A DNA stretch of 64,000 bases, taken from an uncultured Nitrosopumilaceae archaeon. GTDB taxonomy: Archaea; Thermoproteota; Nitrososphaeria; Nitrososphaerales; Nitrosopumilaceae. Shown here piece after piece: positions 36,111 through 46,084 of this stretch. Every line of letters begins with the position of its first letter. Positions within the stretch are counted from its first letter, which is position 1. Under the pieces are notes generated by a model. That model saw only the letters and a list, made by a program, of their open reading frames with translations. It was not told where the DNA came from and ran no database searches. The DNA is taken from positions 9,811 to 73,810 of the forward strand of contig CAZIHR010000018.1 of assembly GCA_964538885.1 (NCBI GenBank), written 5' to 3'. A program made the translations under genes and the position numbers.

Positions 36111-36118
36111 TATAAATA
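36111..36118 (+). promoter_or_regulatory. TATA box of the SBDS/exosome superoperon
   Basis: TATAAATA is centred about 30 nt upstream of ATG 36144, which fits a leaderless transcript. Confidence 0.5.
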
Positions 36119-36143
36119 ACAAATAATATCAATTATTCCATCT

Positions 36144-36830
36144 ATGGCCGAAGTTACAGTGGTGAGATACTCATTTGAGGGTGAAAAATTTGAAATTTTG
36201 GTAAAGCCTGACCCTGCACTTGATTATAAGCTTGGAAAGATAAAGGATCTGTACCGGGTGATGGTCTCTGATGAGATTTACACCGATTCTGGCAAGGGCA
36301 CCAAGCCCCCACTAGAAAAGCTCATCAAGGCATTCAAGACGGATGATCCAGCAGAAATTGCTAGGCAGATCCTCAAAAAAGGTGATCTAAATCTGACTAC
36401 TGACCAAAGACGGAAGATGACTGATGAAAAGAGAAGGCAGATTGTGGAGCTCATTGTACGTACGTATGTGGATCCTAAAACACACCTACCACATCCTCCT
36501 ATTAGGATAGAGCAGGCAATGAAGGATGCACGAGTTTCGATCGAACCACAAAAGGGTGCAGATGAACAAGTACAGGGAATCGTGGACAATCTACGTTCTA
36601 TAATCCCGCTCAAGTCTGAGAACATTCAACTTGAGATCACTGTACCTGCACAGCATGTGTCTCGATCTTATTCTGTACTAAAGTCAGTAGGAACACTTGC
36701 AAAGGAGGAGTGGCAGAACAACGGCTCTCTAAAAGCAATACTTGAAATACCGGCTGCGGCAAGGCCAAACGTGATAGATAGATTGGGTTCTGTTACAAAA
36801 GGCTCGGCTACTGTGGATGTGGTAGAATAA
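36144..36830 (+). CDS. sdo1: SBDS-family ribosome maturation protein (Sdo1)
   Basis: 228 aa. VVRYSFEGEKFEILVKPDPALDYKLGK is the SBDS N-terminal (FYSH) signature. Confidence 0.9.
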   Translation: MAEVTVVRYSFEGEKFEILVKPDPALDYKLGKIKDLYRVMVSDEIYTDSGKGTKPPLEKLIKAFKTDDPAEIARQILKKGDLNLTTDQRRKMTDEKRRQIVELIVRTYVDPKTHLPHPPIRIEQAMKDARVSIEPQKGADEQVQGIVDNLRSIIPLKSENIQLEITVPAQHVSRSYSVLKSVGTLAKEEWQNNGSLKAILEIPAAARPNVIDRLGSVTKGSATVDVVE

Positions 36831-37510
36831 TGGATGCAAGACGTAAATATGTAATTCCGGGTGATATCATAACCACAGGACCATTCAGGCCAGAACAAAA
36901 TGTCATTCTTAATGGAAACAAGATGGTCTCCACTACTACTGGCATATCTGAAATTTACAATGATTCTGTCAAGGTAATATCTCTGACAGGGAAATATATT
37001 CCAAAGATCAACGATCTTGTAATTGGCAAGGTCATATCTCACAATTCACTTTCTTGGGAATTAGATATCAATTCTTGCTATGTGGGATTTCTGCCCGCAC
37101 AAGATGTGTTTGGTAGGAACTTTGCGACACATGCAGATGATTTAACTTCAAAGCTCAAATCTGGAGATCTGGTGGCTGCACGTATTGCCAACTTTGACAG
37201 AACCCGTGACCCACTTGTTACTGTATCTGACAGGGATCTTGGTAAAATTGATTCGGGCGATTTAGTGAAAATATCTCCAAGCAAGATCCCACGACTGATT
37301 GGAAAGCGAGGTACAATGATTCAGGCAATTGAGATGGCCACTGGTGCTGTAATCACCATTGGACAAAACGGATGGGTTGTGGTGGCATGTGAGTCTTCAG
37401 AGGGACTCGTAAAAGCAAAAAAGGCTATTCATCTCATCAACGAGAATGCACATGTTACAAATTTGACTGATAGAGTAAAAGATATGTTGGGATCACGAGG
37501 TGAATTATAA
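36830..37510 (+). CDS. rrp4: exosome complex RNA-binding subunit Rrp4 (S1 + KH)
   Basis: 226 aa. VIPGDIIT is followed by the S1 region GKYIPKINDLVIGKV and the KH region IPRLIGKRGTMIQAIEMATGAVITIGQNGWV. Confidence 0.9.
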   Translation: MDARRKYVIPGDIITTGPFRPEQNVILNGNKMVSTTTGISEIYNDSVKVISLTGKYIPKINDLVIGKVISHNSLSWELDINSCYVGFLPAQDVFGRNFATHADDLTSKLKSGDLVAARIANFDRTRDPLVTVSDRDLGKIDSGDLVKISPSKIPRLIGKRGTMIQAIEMATGAVITIGQNGWVVVACESSEGLVKAKKAIHLINENAHVTNLTDRVKDMLGSRGEL

Positions 37511-38251
37511 ATGGGCGGACGCGAATCTGAGATGGTTTTATTAGATGAGAACGGGATCCGTTGCGACGGTCGAAGAGTTGATGAGACCCGAAGAATCATG
37601 ATAAAGGCAGGTGGGCTGAAAAATGCCGATGGCTCTGCATATATTGAGTTTGGTGACAACAAGATAATTGCGGGTGTATTTGGACCACGAGATGTGCATC
37701 CAAAGCACATGTCTGATACGGATACCGGAATACTGCGTGTCAGATATCATATGGAGCCATTCTCCGTTACAGAACGAAAGAACCCTGCACCGTCAAGAAG
37801 GGAGATTGAGATATCTAAAGTGATCAAAGAAGCTCTGGAACCTGCAGTAATGCTTGAAAAATTCCCACGCACTGCTGTAGATGTCTTCATAGAGATTATA
37901 CAGGCTGATGGTGGTACTAGATGTGCTGCACTATCTGCTGCTTCAGTGGCACTTGCAGATGCAGGGATACCTATGAGAGATATGGTAGCAGCATGCGCGG
38001 CGGGTAAAGTGGCAGATACAATCGTACTTGATGTTAACAATGAGGAGGATCAGGCCGGCCAAGCAGATATGCCTATAGGTTACATGCCGAGTTTGGAGAA
38101 GATTACATTGTTACAGCTTGATGGGGTACTGTCTCCTGATGAATATAAAAAATGTATTCAGACCGGAATTCATGGATGTAAGATCGTCTATGATCTTCAA
38201 AAGAAAGCACTAAGTGACAAGTATTTCCGAGCTGGGAGTGATGAAGATTGA
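37511..38251 (+). CDS. rrp41: exosome complex exonuclease Rrp41 (RNase PH domain)
   Basis: 246 aa. DGRRVDETRRIMIKAGGLKNADGSAYIEFGDNKIIAGVFGPRD and QADGGTRCAALSAASVALADAGIPMRD match Rrp41. Confidence 0.9.
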   Translation: MGGRESEMVLLDENGIRCDGRRVDETRRIMIKAGGLKNADGSAYIEFGDNKIIAGVFGPRDVHPKHMSDTDTGILRVRYHMEPFSVTERKNPAPSRREIEISKVIKEALEPAVMLEKFPRTAVDVFIEIIQADGGTRCAALSAASVALADAGIPMRDMVAACAAGKVADTIVLDVNNEEDQAGQADMPIGYMPSLEKITLLQLDGVLSPDEYKKCIQTGIHGCKIVYDLQKKALSDKYFRAGSDED

Positions 38252-39051
38252 CTTCTATTTTGGATGATCTCAAAAGGTCACAGATATACGAGCTACTTGA
38301 GCAGGGAAAGCGCATAGATGGTAGAGCACTAGACGAGCAACGAAATATTGTCATTGACACCAATATTGTCCCTAAAGCTAACGGCTCAGCAAAGGTTCGA
38401 CTGGGAGATAGTGAAGTCATTTGTGGCGTAAAGATTCAGCCTGATAGACCGTTTCCAGACACGGGTGATAGAGGTATATTCATCTGCACTGCTGAATTAT
38501 TGCCGTTGTCACACCCGAGCGTGGAGACAGGTCCCCCAGGACCTGATGTTATCGAGTTGGCCCGCGTGGTAGATAGAGGAATTCGAGAAAGTCACATGAT
38601 AGATCTGAGTCAGCTGGTAATTGAGAAGGACAAGTCGGTGGTGGGTATATTTGCAGATAATGTCGTGGTGGATTACGGCGGCAACCTGTTTGACGCGTGC
38701 TCATATGCAGCTACAGCTGCACTATTGACATCAAAGTCACCTAAATGGGTGATGCAAGATGATGTGCCAACTCTTGTGGAGGGAGAATATGATATTCCTG
38801 TAACTACGGTTCCAGTGTCTGTAACTATGGCCAAGATTGGGAATCACATATTAGTTGATCCAGATGCAGAAGAATGGTCGTGTATGGATGCACGTATTAC
38901 GATAACGACTGATTCTGATAGGAACATCTGCGCGTTACAGAAGGGCGGTTCAGGTGGCTTTACGTTTGATGAGGTTGCAAAGTGTGGTGACATTTCTGTT
39001 CGCGTGGGTGCCAAAATACGAGAGATTCTCAAACAGGCTGGAGGCTTGTAA
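38248..39051 (+). CDS. rrp42: exosome complex subunit Rrp42 (RNase PH-like, non-catalytic)
   Basis: 267 aa. RIDGRALDEQRNIVIDTNIVPKANGSAKVRLGDSEVICGVK matches Rrp42. There is a 4-nt overlap with rrp41. Confidence 0.9.
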   Translation: MTSILDDLKRSQIYELLEQGKRIDGRALDEQRNIVIDTNIVPKANGSAKVRLGDSEVICGVKIQPDRPFPDTGDRGIFICTAELLPLSHPSVETGPPGPDVIELARVVDRGIRESHMIDLSQLVIEKDKSVVGIFADNVVVDYGGNLFDACSYAATAALLTSKSPKWVMQDDVPTLVEGEYDIPVTTVPVSVTMAKIGNHILVDPDAEEWSCMDARITITTDSDRNICALQKGGSGGFTFDEVAKCGDISVRVGAKIREILKQAGGL

Positions 39052-39052
39052 T

Positions 39053-39265
39053 ATGGCCAAGAAGAAAAAGTCACTCAAAGGTTTGGGTGCCAGATATGGA
39101 ATCAAATTAAGAAAACAGTACACAAAGATCCATCTGTTGCTCAAGCAGAAGAGAACGTGTCCAGAGTGTGGCTCTGGGAGGTTTGGCCGCGATGCTGTGG
39201 GGATATGGTCCTGCAAAAAGTGTGGCTTTAAGATCGCCGGGACTGCATACGATGTCAAAATTTAA
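39053..39265 (+). CDS. rpl37ae: 50S ribosomal protein L37Ae (eL43)
   Basis: 70 aa from ATG 39053: MAKKKKSLKGLGARYGIKLRKQYTKIHLLLKQKRTCPECGSGRFGRDAVGIWSCKKCGFKIAGTAY. The track ORF starts further upstream inside rrp42. Confidence 0.9.
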   Translation: MAKKKKSLKGLGARYGIKLRKQYTKIHLLLKQKRTCPECGSGRFGRDAVGIWSCKKCGFKIAGTAYDVKI

Positions 39266-39497
39266 TGCCACAATAATGGTGGATGCTGGAGACAGCACCA
39301 AAGCAATCTTTGACTCGATAAATACTGATAACGAGTTTTATCCAGAAAACCCCACTAGAACCAGAATGAGCCTAGGCAGAACCATCAAAATTTTGGTAGA
39401 GTCTGATAGCCTACCACACCTACGTGCCAATCTCAACTCGACACTACGACTTGTTCATGCAAGTTATGACTCGATCGAGTCGACAAAAAAGAGTTGA
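39252..39497 (+). CDS. Pcc1/CTAG-family KEOPS subunit-like protein
   Basis: 81 aa from ATG 39252 (MSKFNATIMVD...). AKAIFDSINTDN...ILVESDSLPHLRANLNSTLRLVHASYDSIE resembles Pcc1. Its position after L37Ae is typical of the archaeal superoperon. Confidence 0.6.
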   Translation: MSKFNATIMVDAGDSTKAIFDSINTDNEFYPENPTRTRMSLGRTIKILVESDSLPHLRANLNSTLRLVHASYDSIESTKKS

Positions 39498-39606
39498 CAA
39501 GTAGATTCCTCCTAAATGACTCGCTTTTGTACATATGATCCATATATACCGAGTCCGTTTTTGTGCATTTGGGAAGAATTATAATGCAACGTGTTGAATT
39601 TAATAC

Positions 39607-40014
39607 ATGTCATCAAATCAGATTCCTCCATGGCTTCAGGAACAAATGTTGAAGCTACAACAATCTCAACAAAATCTCCAGTCTATAATGACACAAAAGC
39701 AGCAGCTGGAGATGGATCAGGCAGAGACAGAGAAGGCACTTGACGAGCTGAAAAAAGCAGATGACTCTGATTTAGTATACAAATTTGTGGGTTCAGTCCT
39801 GTTAAGATCTACAAAGCAGGAACTGACAGCAGAACTAGAAGAGAGAAAGGACATGTCCAAGACACGTTCTATAGTATTAGCAAAACAGGAGACGAAGGTA
39901 AAAGAGACACTCAAAGAGCAAGAGACCAAGATCAATGAAATGATGAGGGGGAAGCAACCAAGCGAGACATCTACACCTGGAGACATGTCAGCCGATGACA
40001 ACCCTAGAAGATAG
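39607..40014 (+). CDS. pfdB: prefoldin beta subunit
   Basis: 135 aa. It has a coiled-coil/beta-hairpin/coiled-coil layout, with LQQSQQNLQSIMTQKQQLE...VYKFVGSVLLRSTKQEL... Confidence 0.85.
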   Translation: MSSNQIPPWLQEQMLKLQQSQQNLQSIMTQKQQLEMDQAETEKALDELKKADDSDLVYKFVGSVLLRSTKQELTAELEERKDMSKTRSIVLAKQETKVKETLKEQETKINEMMRGKQPSETSTPGDMSADDNPRR

Positions 40015-40063
40015 CACATATCTTTCCACACAAAATATTAACAAAGGTTTCTAGATCTAGTTA

Positions 40064-40756
40064 TTGACACTGGCAAAACTTAGGATTGTCATAGATGAAA
40101 GAGAAAGGAAGAGTGGTATTCCGGATCTGCTCAAGGCAGTAGGGATGAACACAGAAGTAAAGACGTTGGAGGTGGGTGACTATATTGTGGCGCCAGAGAC
40201 TGTGGTGGAGAGAAAGAGTATACGTGATTTAATGTCATCTGTATTTGATGGGAGGTTGTTTGATCAATGTACTAGGCTCAAGGAACATTTTCAATCTCCT
40301 GTGTTGCTCATGGAGGGGAACGTGGATGAGATTGAGGATATTACAGACAATCCGTTGATCTTTTATGGTGCCATATCGGCAGTAGTGCTTGACTTTGGAA
40401 TTCCGGTGATACCTACACCTAGTGCCACACATACAGCTAAGCTGCTTGTCTCTATGTGTTCCCGGAAAGGGAATAAAAGTGGGCCTTTTCTAAAGAAGAT
40501 AAAAAAATCAACTGACTTGCATAAGCAACAGCTCACATTACTGTGTAGCTTGCCGGGAATAGGAGACAAACTTGCATCGAGAATGCTTGAAAGATTTGGC
40601 ACCCCTATTGACACGTTCAATGCTGCAACAGCAGAGCTTGCCAAGGTGGAAGGACTTGGAACTGCTAGAGCTAAGCGGATAAGAAAAATGCTCAAGTCAA
40701 AGGGTACACATTCGCCGAAATCTGGTCAGCAGACGTTACATGTTCCTATCTCTTGA
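40064..40756 (+). CDS. xpf: ERCC4-type nuclease (short archaeal XPF/Hef-like) with a C-terminal (HhH)2
   Basis: 230 aa. VIDERERKSGI, LEVGDYIV, VVERKSIRDLMSSVFDGRLFDQ and LLMEGN form the ERCC4 domain. The HhH region is LPGIGDKLASRMLERFG...VEGLGTARAKRI. Confidence 0.85.
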   Translation: MTLAKLRIVIDERERKSGIPDLLKAVGMNTEVKTLEVGDYIVAPETVVERKSIRDLMSSVFDGRLFDQCTRLKEHFQSPVLLMEGNVDEIEDITDNPLIFYGAISAVVLDFGIPVIPTPSATHTAKLLVSMCSRKGNKSGPFLKKIKKSTDLHKQQLTLLCSLPGIGDKLASRMLERFGTPIDTFNAATAELAKVEGLGTARAKRIRKMLKSKGTHSPKSGQQTLHVPIS

Positions 40757-41225
40757 ACAGCTTTCTCTTGAGACGTGTCCCACATCTGTCACATTTCTCT
40801 CCGGTCTTTTGGGAGATTTTACATGCTGGGCAATAGTGAATCCATTTGCCTGCATCACGTATGCCTGTGGTCATCACAGGTAATGCACACATGTTCAGTT
40901 TATCTGCTACATTGGATACTGCAAAATCGTCGGTGATGATCTCCCCCCCAATTTCCAATCCTAGTGCGATAATAGAGATGTCTTGTATTGACATCTGTCT
41001 GAAATCTCCACTCTCTCTTGCTGCTCTTACTGCAGCTCTCGTGGATTCAGCTTTAGGTTCCACTATCTTGAGCCTTCCTATCTCGCAGAGCATATCTAGG
41101 ATGCCTTGATTTTTTTTGATATGTCGGATTTCTTCGTATACTCCGGGTGTAGTATAGTATTCTGCTAGTGACTTGAAGGGCACACCTGCATAAAACGCAC
41201 TTGCATCAAGTATCTTAGAACCCAA
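40746..41225 (-). CDS. nob1: Nob1-like endonuclease (PIN domain + zinc ribbon)
   Basis: 159 aa. ILDASAFYAG...YTTPGVYEEI...QDISIIALGLEIGGEIITDDFAVSNVA (PIN) is followed by CPACK...CDRCG. Confidence 0.75.
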   Translation of the reverse strand: MGSKILDASAFYAGVPFKSLAEYYTTPGVYEEIRHIKKNQGILDMLCEIGRLKIVEPKAESTRAAVRAARESGDFRQMSIQDISIIALGLEIGGEIITDDFAVSNVADKLNMCALPVMTTGIRDAGKWIHYCPACKISQKTGEKCDRCGTRLKRKLFKR

Positions 41226-42030
41226 GCTTACTCATCTGCCTCAGACCGCGTTTTTTGAGTCGGACAAAGACGGCGGGCTTTTTGAATTTTTTGATGGTGA
41301 TTGTCTCCTCATATCCGGCCGACTTTATGACTTGTGCATCCATAACTATATTACAGTCATGTGATGAGATGATCTCGATCTTTTCGTCTGGTACCACTAT
41401 TGATTCTAGTCTGTAGACGGGTGCTACTGGAGTTATTATCAGTACATCCAAACTTTCGTGTAGGATCGGACCGCCAAGCGAAAATGAGTGTCCGGTGGAA
41501 CCACTTGGCGTTGCTATGATGACTCCGTCCATTTTTTGTTTGACTGTGTCATTTTGAAATCTTATCTCGATCTCTGATGTCTTTGTCATGTTTGTCCTGC
41601 TGATGTAAATCTCATTCAATGCTGGTGGGAAATCTTTGCCATTGCATGACGCGATCACTCTTGTTCTCTTGTCTAGAAAGAATTTTCCTTTCAGGATTTG
41701 GTCTATTGCATTATCTATTTGGTCGATTGTTATCTCCGATAGGATTCCTCTATTGCCGCCCACATTGATTGTGAGTATTGGCGTGTTGTTCTCTAGATGC
41801 CTGAAGACGCGTAGTGTGGTGCCATCGCCACCCAGCGTAACTGCAAGATCAAGCTTTTGTCTTTTCAGATCTTCTAGTGATTCGATCCCTATTGCTCCTT
41901 CCACCTTGACAGGGGATATTGTAAATACGTTGGATTTTATATTAAGAAATTTTTTTGTAACTAGTCTGGCGGCATCCTCTGACTCTTTTGAGCCTACCTT
42001 GCTTACAACTGCCACATTTCTGAGCTTCAC
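41215..42030 (-). CDS. nadK: NAD kinase
   Basis: 271 aa. LAVTLGGDGTTLR, INVGGNRGIL and IATPSGSTGHSFSLGGPI match NAD kinase. Confidence 0.9.
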   Translation of the reverse strand: MKLRNVAVVSKVGSKESEDAARLVTKKFLNIKSNVFTISPVKVEGAIGIESLEDLKRQKLDLAVTLGGDGTTLRVFRHLENNTPILTINVGGNRGILSEITIDQIDNAIDQILKGKFFLDKRTRVIASCNGKDFPPALNEIYISRTNMTKTSEIEIRFQNDTVKQKMDGVIIATPSGSTGHSFSLGGPILHESLDVLIITPVAPVYRLESIVVPDEKIEIISSHDCNIVMDAQVIKSAGYEETITIKKFKKPAVFVRLKKRGLRQMSKLGF

Positions 42031-42709
42031 TCTGTTTTCTCTGAATCGTTTTCCTTAAAAATTATATCTAAGTGGGGGTTCAAAAAAGTGACAATGGCCT
42101 CATCAGATAACCATTTTGTCGTATAACATACAAAAATATGATGATTCTATTGCCGTCCAATGCTGGGTCTTAATTTGTCAAATTCATCTGAAATAATACA
42201 TACCAAAATATTGAACATTAAGTTATGGGTTAGAGTTGTATCATTTGATTTTAGACGAATTACATATCCTAATGATTCTATATGATAATTGTCTGGTGAT
42301 GTTGCGCCATTTGTGGTATTGGTTAGCTAGGACAATCAAACGTATAGTATTTGGTGCAGTCTGAATTGACGAGAGAAAATGGCATATTATCTTCTCTATT
42401 GAAGATGTCCCAGTTGGAATTCAGCATAAATTCAAGAGTTGCTCTGGCAATCTACATGTCTTGCTTGCGGGCAGTCAATCTGAATAATTTGGGCATGTCT
42501 TATTATACTAATCATGTGTGCTTGGCAGAATTTGAAATAGAATTTTGCTGTTGATCTCAATGTTTTGCTGTCTGAGTGTGTATTTGTGATTTGACAAGTT
42601 GTATAGTTGTCAGTTATTGCTATTCTCTATATTGATTTTTATATTGTGAATTCATTAGGATTAGCTAAATTTCGTGGGCATTATATTGTAGAACGTAACA
42701 AGACGCATT

Positions 42710-43480
42710 ATGGCAGTACTGGAGATCAGAGACTTGCATGTTGCGCGGGATGGTAAAGAAATTCTCAAGGGTGTAAACATGAAAACTGGACCGGGTCAGG
42801 TGCATGCCATAATGGGTCCAAACGGTTCTGGAAAGAGTACCTTAGCATACACGTTGCTTGCACATCCAAAATACGAGGTCACTGGTGGTGATATTTTGTT
42901 GGATGGTCAAAGCATACTTGATCTTACTGCAGACGAACGTGCAAAGAGAGGGCTGTTTTTGGGGTTCCAGTACCCGACTGAGGTTGCAGGTGTTGGCTTT
43001 TCACACTTTTTGAGAACCGCGTACAACTCTCTTAGTAAGGCACTTCAAGGGGAAGATAGGGAGGTCTTTATCACTGTGAGAGAATTTCAAAAATATCTCA
43101 AGGAGAATCTTAACAAGGTTGGACTGAAAGAGGAGTTTCTCTCTAGGTATCTCAATGAAGGCTTTTCTGGGGGAGAAAAAAAGCGTGCCGAAGTACTACA
43201 GATGGCAGTACTCAAGCCCACAATCTCCATTCTTGACGAGCCTGACTCTGGTCTGGATATTGACTCTGTACAGGCTGTGGCAAAGTCCATCAGCCAAGTG
43301 TCTGGAAATGACTCTACTGTTATAGTAATTACTCACTATGCGCGAATACTCAAATTCCTAGATAGGTTGGACTTTGTTCATGTATTTGCACAGGGCCAGA
43401 TACTAAAGACTGGTGATGCGTCCCTTGCAGACAAGCTTGAAAATGAGGGATACGATTGGGTTCTAGAACAAGCAGCCTGA
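42710..43480 (+). CDS. sufC: Fe-S cluster assembly ATPase SufC
   Basis: 256 aa. LEIRDLHV, GPNGSGKSTLAYTLLAHPKYEVTGGDILLDG, NEGFSGGEKKRAEVLQ and ILDEPDSGLDIDS match SufC. Confidence 0.9.
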   Translation: MAVLEIRDLHVARDGKEILKGVNMKTGPGQVHAIMGPNGSGKSTLAYTLLAHPKYEVTGGDILLDGQSILDLTADERAKRGLFLGFQYPTEVAGVGFSHFLRTAYNSLSKALQGEDREVFITVREFQKYLKENLNKVGLKEEFLSRYLNEGFSGGEKKRAEVLQMAVLKPTISILDEPDSGLDIDSVQAVAKSISQVSGNDSTVIVITHYARILKFLDRLDFVHVFAQGQILKTGDASLADKLENEGYDWVLEQAA

Positions 43481-43787
43481 CGATAGTTTTACACTTGTAT
43501 ATCTAGTACAACATATGCGGTTACCGCATAATTCCAATATTATCTCATCAGCTATAACTAGTATCTTACATGAATCGGATTTTTACCATAAAAATTGATC
43601 CTAGCAGTGCTTTTTTGCATCTTGAGATGTTCTTGAATCATACTTAATGTCGTGCGTAAATTTTGTCTTTTTACATAAAGCGAATTATTACACCTTGCAA
43701 TAAAATGGTGGGATGGTTACATGTGTGTTTGGTATGGTTGGACCCATTCACGTTTTTTTTAAATAGGGTCAGCGGAGCCAAGACATC

Positions 43788-44459
43788 ATGGTACACAGCG
43801 ACGAATATTACTTTAATTTTTCATTCTTCAAAGTAGATCCCAAGTGGCGATGGATGGCAGATCTTGCAAAGGAGGAATCTGCCAAGGAAGTAGAAAATGT
43901 GATTAAAAACTCGGGTATACGATTTAGGGCATACTCGAATCTGGGCCTACGAGATGATGCAGATTTTATGTTTTGGTTTGTAGCACACACTGTTGATGAG
44001 ATCCAAGATGCCGTGGGAAAGCTTTACTCTACAGTATTTGGAAAATACATCTCTCCGTCAAGGACATATTTGTCGTGTACGCGACCGTCAATTTATGTCG
44101 CAGAAGGCAAGCCATTAGGATTCCTTTCAGGAGATGTGGGGAAAAAATACGTCATAGTGTACCCCTTTACCAAGACCCGTGAGTGGTATCTGCTCCCTCG
44201 GAACGAGAGGCAGGATATAATGGATGAACACATCAAGGTCAGTCAGAGATATCCTCAGGTTGTGTTGAATACCACCTATGCATTTGGTATTCATGATGAG
44301 GACTTTATGCTAGCATTTGAAGTGGATGATGTGCGGGATTTTCAAGATCTCATCATGGACTTGAGAGAGACCCGTGTCTCACGATTCGTCAAGAATGATA
44401 TTCCGATGATTGTGTGTGTTAAAAAGGATATAGTTCCACTAATTGGAAGTTTTGGATGA
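43788..44459 (+). CDS. chlorite dismutase-family protein (Cld-like/HemQ(ChdC)-like)
   Basis: 223 aa. YFNFSFFKVDPKWRWM...FRAYSNLGLRDDADFMFW...YVIVYPFTKTREWYLL...R..IM.EH matches the Cld/HemQ fold pattern. Confidence 0.7.
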   Translation: MVHSDEYYFNFSFFKVDPKWRWMADLAKEESAKEVENVIKNSGIRFRAYSNLGLRDDADFMFWFVAHTVDEIQDAVGKLYSTVFGKYISPSRTYLSCTRPSIYVAEGKPLGFLSGDVGKKYVIVYPFTKTREWYLLPRNERQDIMDEHIKVSQRYPQVVLNTTYAFGIHDEDFMLAFEVDDVRDFQDLIMDLRETRVSRFVKNDIPMIVCVKKDIVPLIGSFG

Positions 44460-45004
44460 TGAAGTCGCTTAAGGAGTGGGCTACAATTATACGTGCTTTA
44501 GAATGTGGGGAGCAGACCGTCCTACTGCGTAAGGGTGGTATACTGGAGGCTTCCTCGGGTTTTATAGTTGAATCGGACAAGTTCCTGTTGTTTCCGACTG
44601 TAGAACACCAGGGCTACTCTAACATCAAGGAACAGTTCCATGGCCTTCTTGATCGTATACAGGCAGAACAGCGACAAGAAGATGGCATCATGTTAACATC
44701 ATATGCTAGGGTCCTTGCAGATGCAGACCTTCATTCTGTGAAAATAATTGAGGAACTCTCCAAATTTCATATATGGAGCAAGTCATATGTCGACGAGAGG
44801 ATAAAGTGGAAAGCAGAAAAGCCCATCAAGGCATTGTTCCTACAGGTGTACAATATTCCGCCTCTCACTGTAGATATGAATCCAGAGTATCGTGGCTGCA
44901 AGTCGTGGATAGATGTGGACACACAGATTCCTGATGGAAAGTCAGTTTTGAGCAAGACAGAAATTGAGTCACGTTTAGAAGAGTTCAGGAAGTTGGTGCA
45001 TTGA
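44456..45004 (+). CDS. conserved protein of unknown function (resembles DUF1802 as I recall it)
   Basis: 182 aa. LKEWATIIRALECGEQTVLLRKGGILE...FLLFPTVEHQ is present. There is an ATGA overlap with the upstream Cld-like gene. Confidence 0.45.
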   Translation: MMKSLKEWATIIRALECGEQTVLLRKGGILEASSGFIVESDKFLLFPTVEHQGYSNIKEQFHGLLDRIQAEQRQEDGIMLTSYARVLADADLHSVKIIEELSKFHIWSKSYVDERIKWKAEKPIKALFLQVYNIPPLTVDMNPEYRGCKSWIDVDTQIPDGKSVLSKTEIESRLEEFRKLVH

Positions 45005-46026
45005 GGTATAATCGACTGGGCAAGACTGACATCCAGGTCTCCGAGATTGGATTTGGTGCATGGGCCATAGCTCTGAATTGGTGGGGCAAGGAAATCCAAG
45101 AGGATGAAGCCAAGCGGATGCTGAAAAAGGCATACGACGTGGGGATCAACTTCTTTGAGACTGCCGACATGTATGGGAAGGGCAAGAGTGAGAAGTTGAT
45201 AGGTGAAGTCTTTAAGGATATGAGAGATGAGGTGATCATCTCGACTAAATATGGATATGATTTTGAGGGTGCAGAGCAGATAGGTCATGGAGAGCTACCG
45301 CAAAAGTTTGACGAGAAATTTACCCTCAAGGCCCTACAAAAGAGCATGGAGAGGCTACGTACGGACCATCTTGACATGTATGGATTACACAATCCAAAAT
45401 TATACCACATAAGAGATGACAAGATCTTTGATATTCTAAATGGCCTTGTATCTCAGGGAAAAGTAAAGACATGCCAAGCTGCACTGGGACCAGCAATAGG
45501 CTGGCTACAGGAAGGTCTGGAAGCAATGAATAGGAACAACATCAGCGCGGTTCAGACGGTCTACAACATTTTGGAGCAGACTCCTGGCAACGAGCTTATG
45601 GAGGCTGCACTAGAAAATCAGGTTGGAATATTGGTCAGAGTCCCAGAGGCATCTGGTGTGCTTACAGGTAAAGTTACTGCCGACACAAAGATTGACGAAA
45701 AGGATCATAGGTCAGTCAGAAAGGGTGAATGGATAAAGTCATCTCTTGAGAAAGTCGAACAGTTAAGACCTATCGCTGACAGAAACGAATTAACTATAAC
45801 CGAACTTGCAGTCAAGTTTATTCTGTCAAAGAAAGGATTCACATCTGTGTTTCCTACAATGATAGACGAGGAAGAGATTTTATCTTATGCTGCTATGGCA
45901 GATGGCAGATATATTTCAGCATCTGACATGGATGAAATTCAACATCTATATGAGATGTGGCCCACATACGAGCTCAAGGCAACTGTACCTTCTCCACATT
46001 TTAATAATACATCTGGTACCGTGTAG
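45001..46026 (+). CDS. aldo/keto reductase
   Basis: 341 aa with a TTG start. (M)RYNRLGKTDIQVSEIGFGAW, INFFETADMYGKGKSE and HLDMYGLHNP match the AKR family. Confidence 0.85.
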   Translation: MRYNRLGKTDIQVSEIGFGAWAIALNWWGKEIQEDEAKRMLKKAYDVGINFFETADMYGKGKSEKLIGEVFKDMRDEVIISTKYGYDFEGAEQIGHGELPQKFDEKFTLKALQKSMERLRTDHLDMYGLHNPKLYHIRDDKIFDILNGLVSQGKVKTCQAALGPAIGWLQEGLEAMNRNNISAVQTVYNILEQTPGNELMEAALENQVGILVRVPEASGVLTGKVTADTKIDEKDHRSVRKGEWIKSSLEKVEQLRPIADRNELTITELAVKFILSKKGFTSVFPTMIDEEEILSYAAMADGRYISASDMDEIQHLYEMWPTYELKATVPSPHFNNTSGTV

Positions 46027-46084
46027 GTTCCTAGTAAGATAACCGTAGATGATATGCGTTTTCAATTGATTGATACAGTTACTT

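Noticed and set aside
42138-42191. Box C/D sRNA candidate (ATGATGA ... CTGA, 54 nt)
   Set aside because: The internal D'/C' boxes are not recognisable, there is no terminal stem and no target complementarity was checked. It is kept only as a note within the long-gap finding.
42351-42554. 67-aa track ORF in the nadK-sufC gap
   Set aside because: It has odd composition, no TATA-like element at -25/-30 and no recognisable motif.
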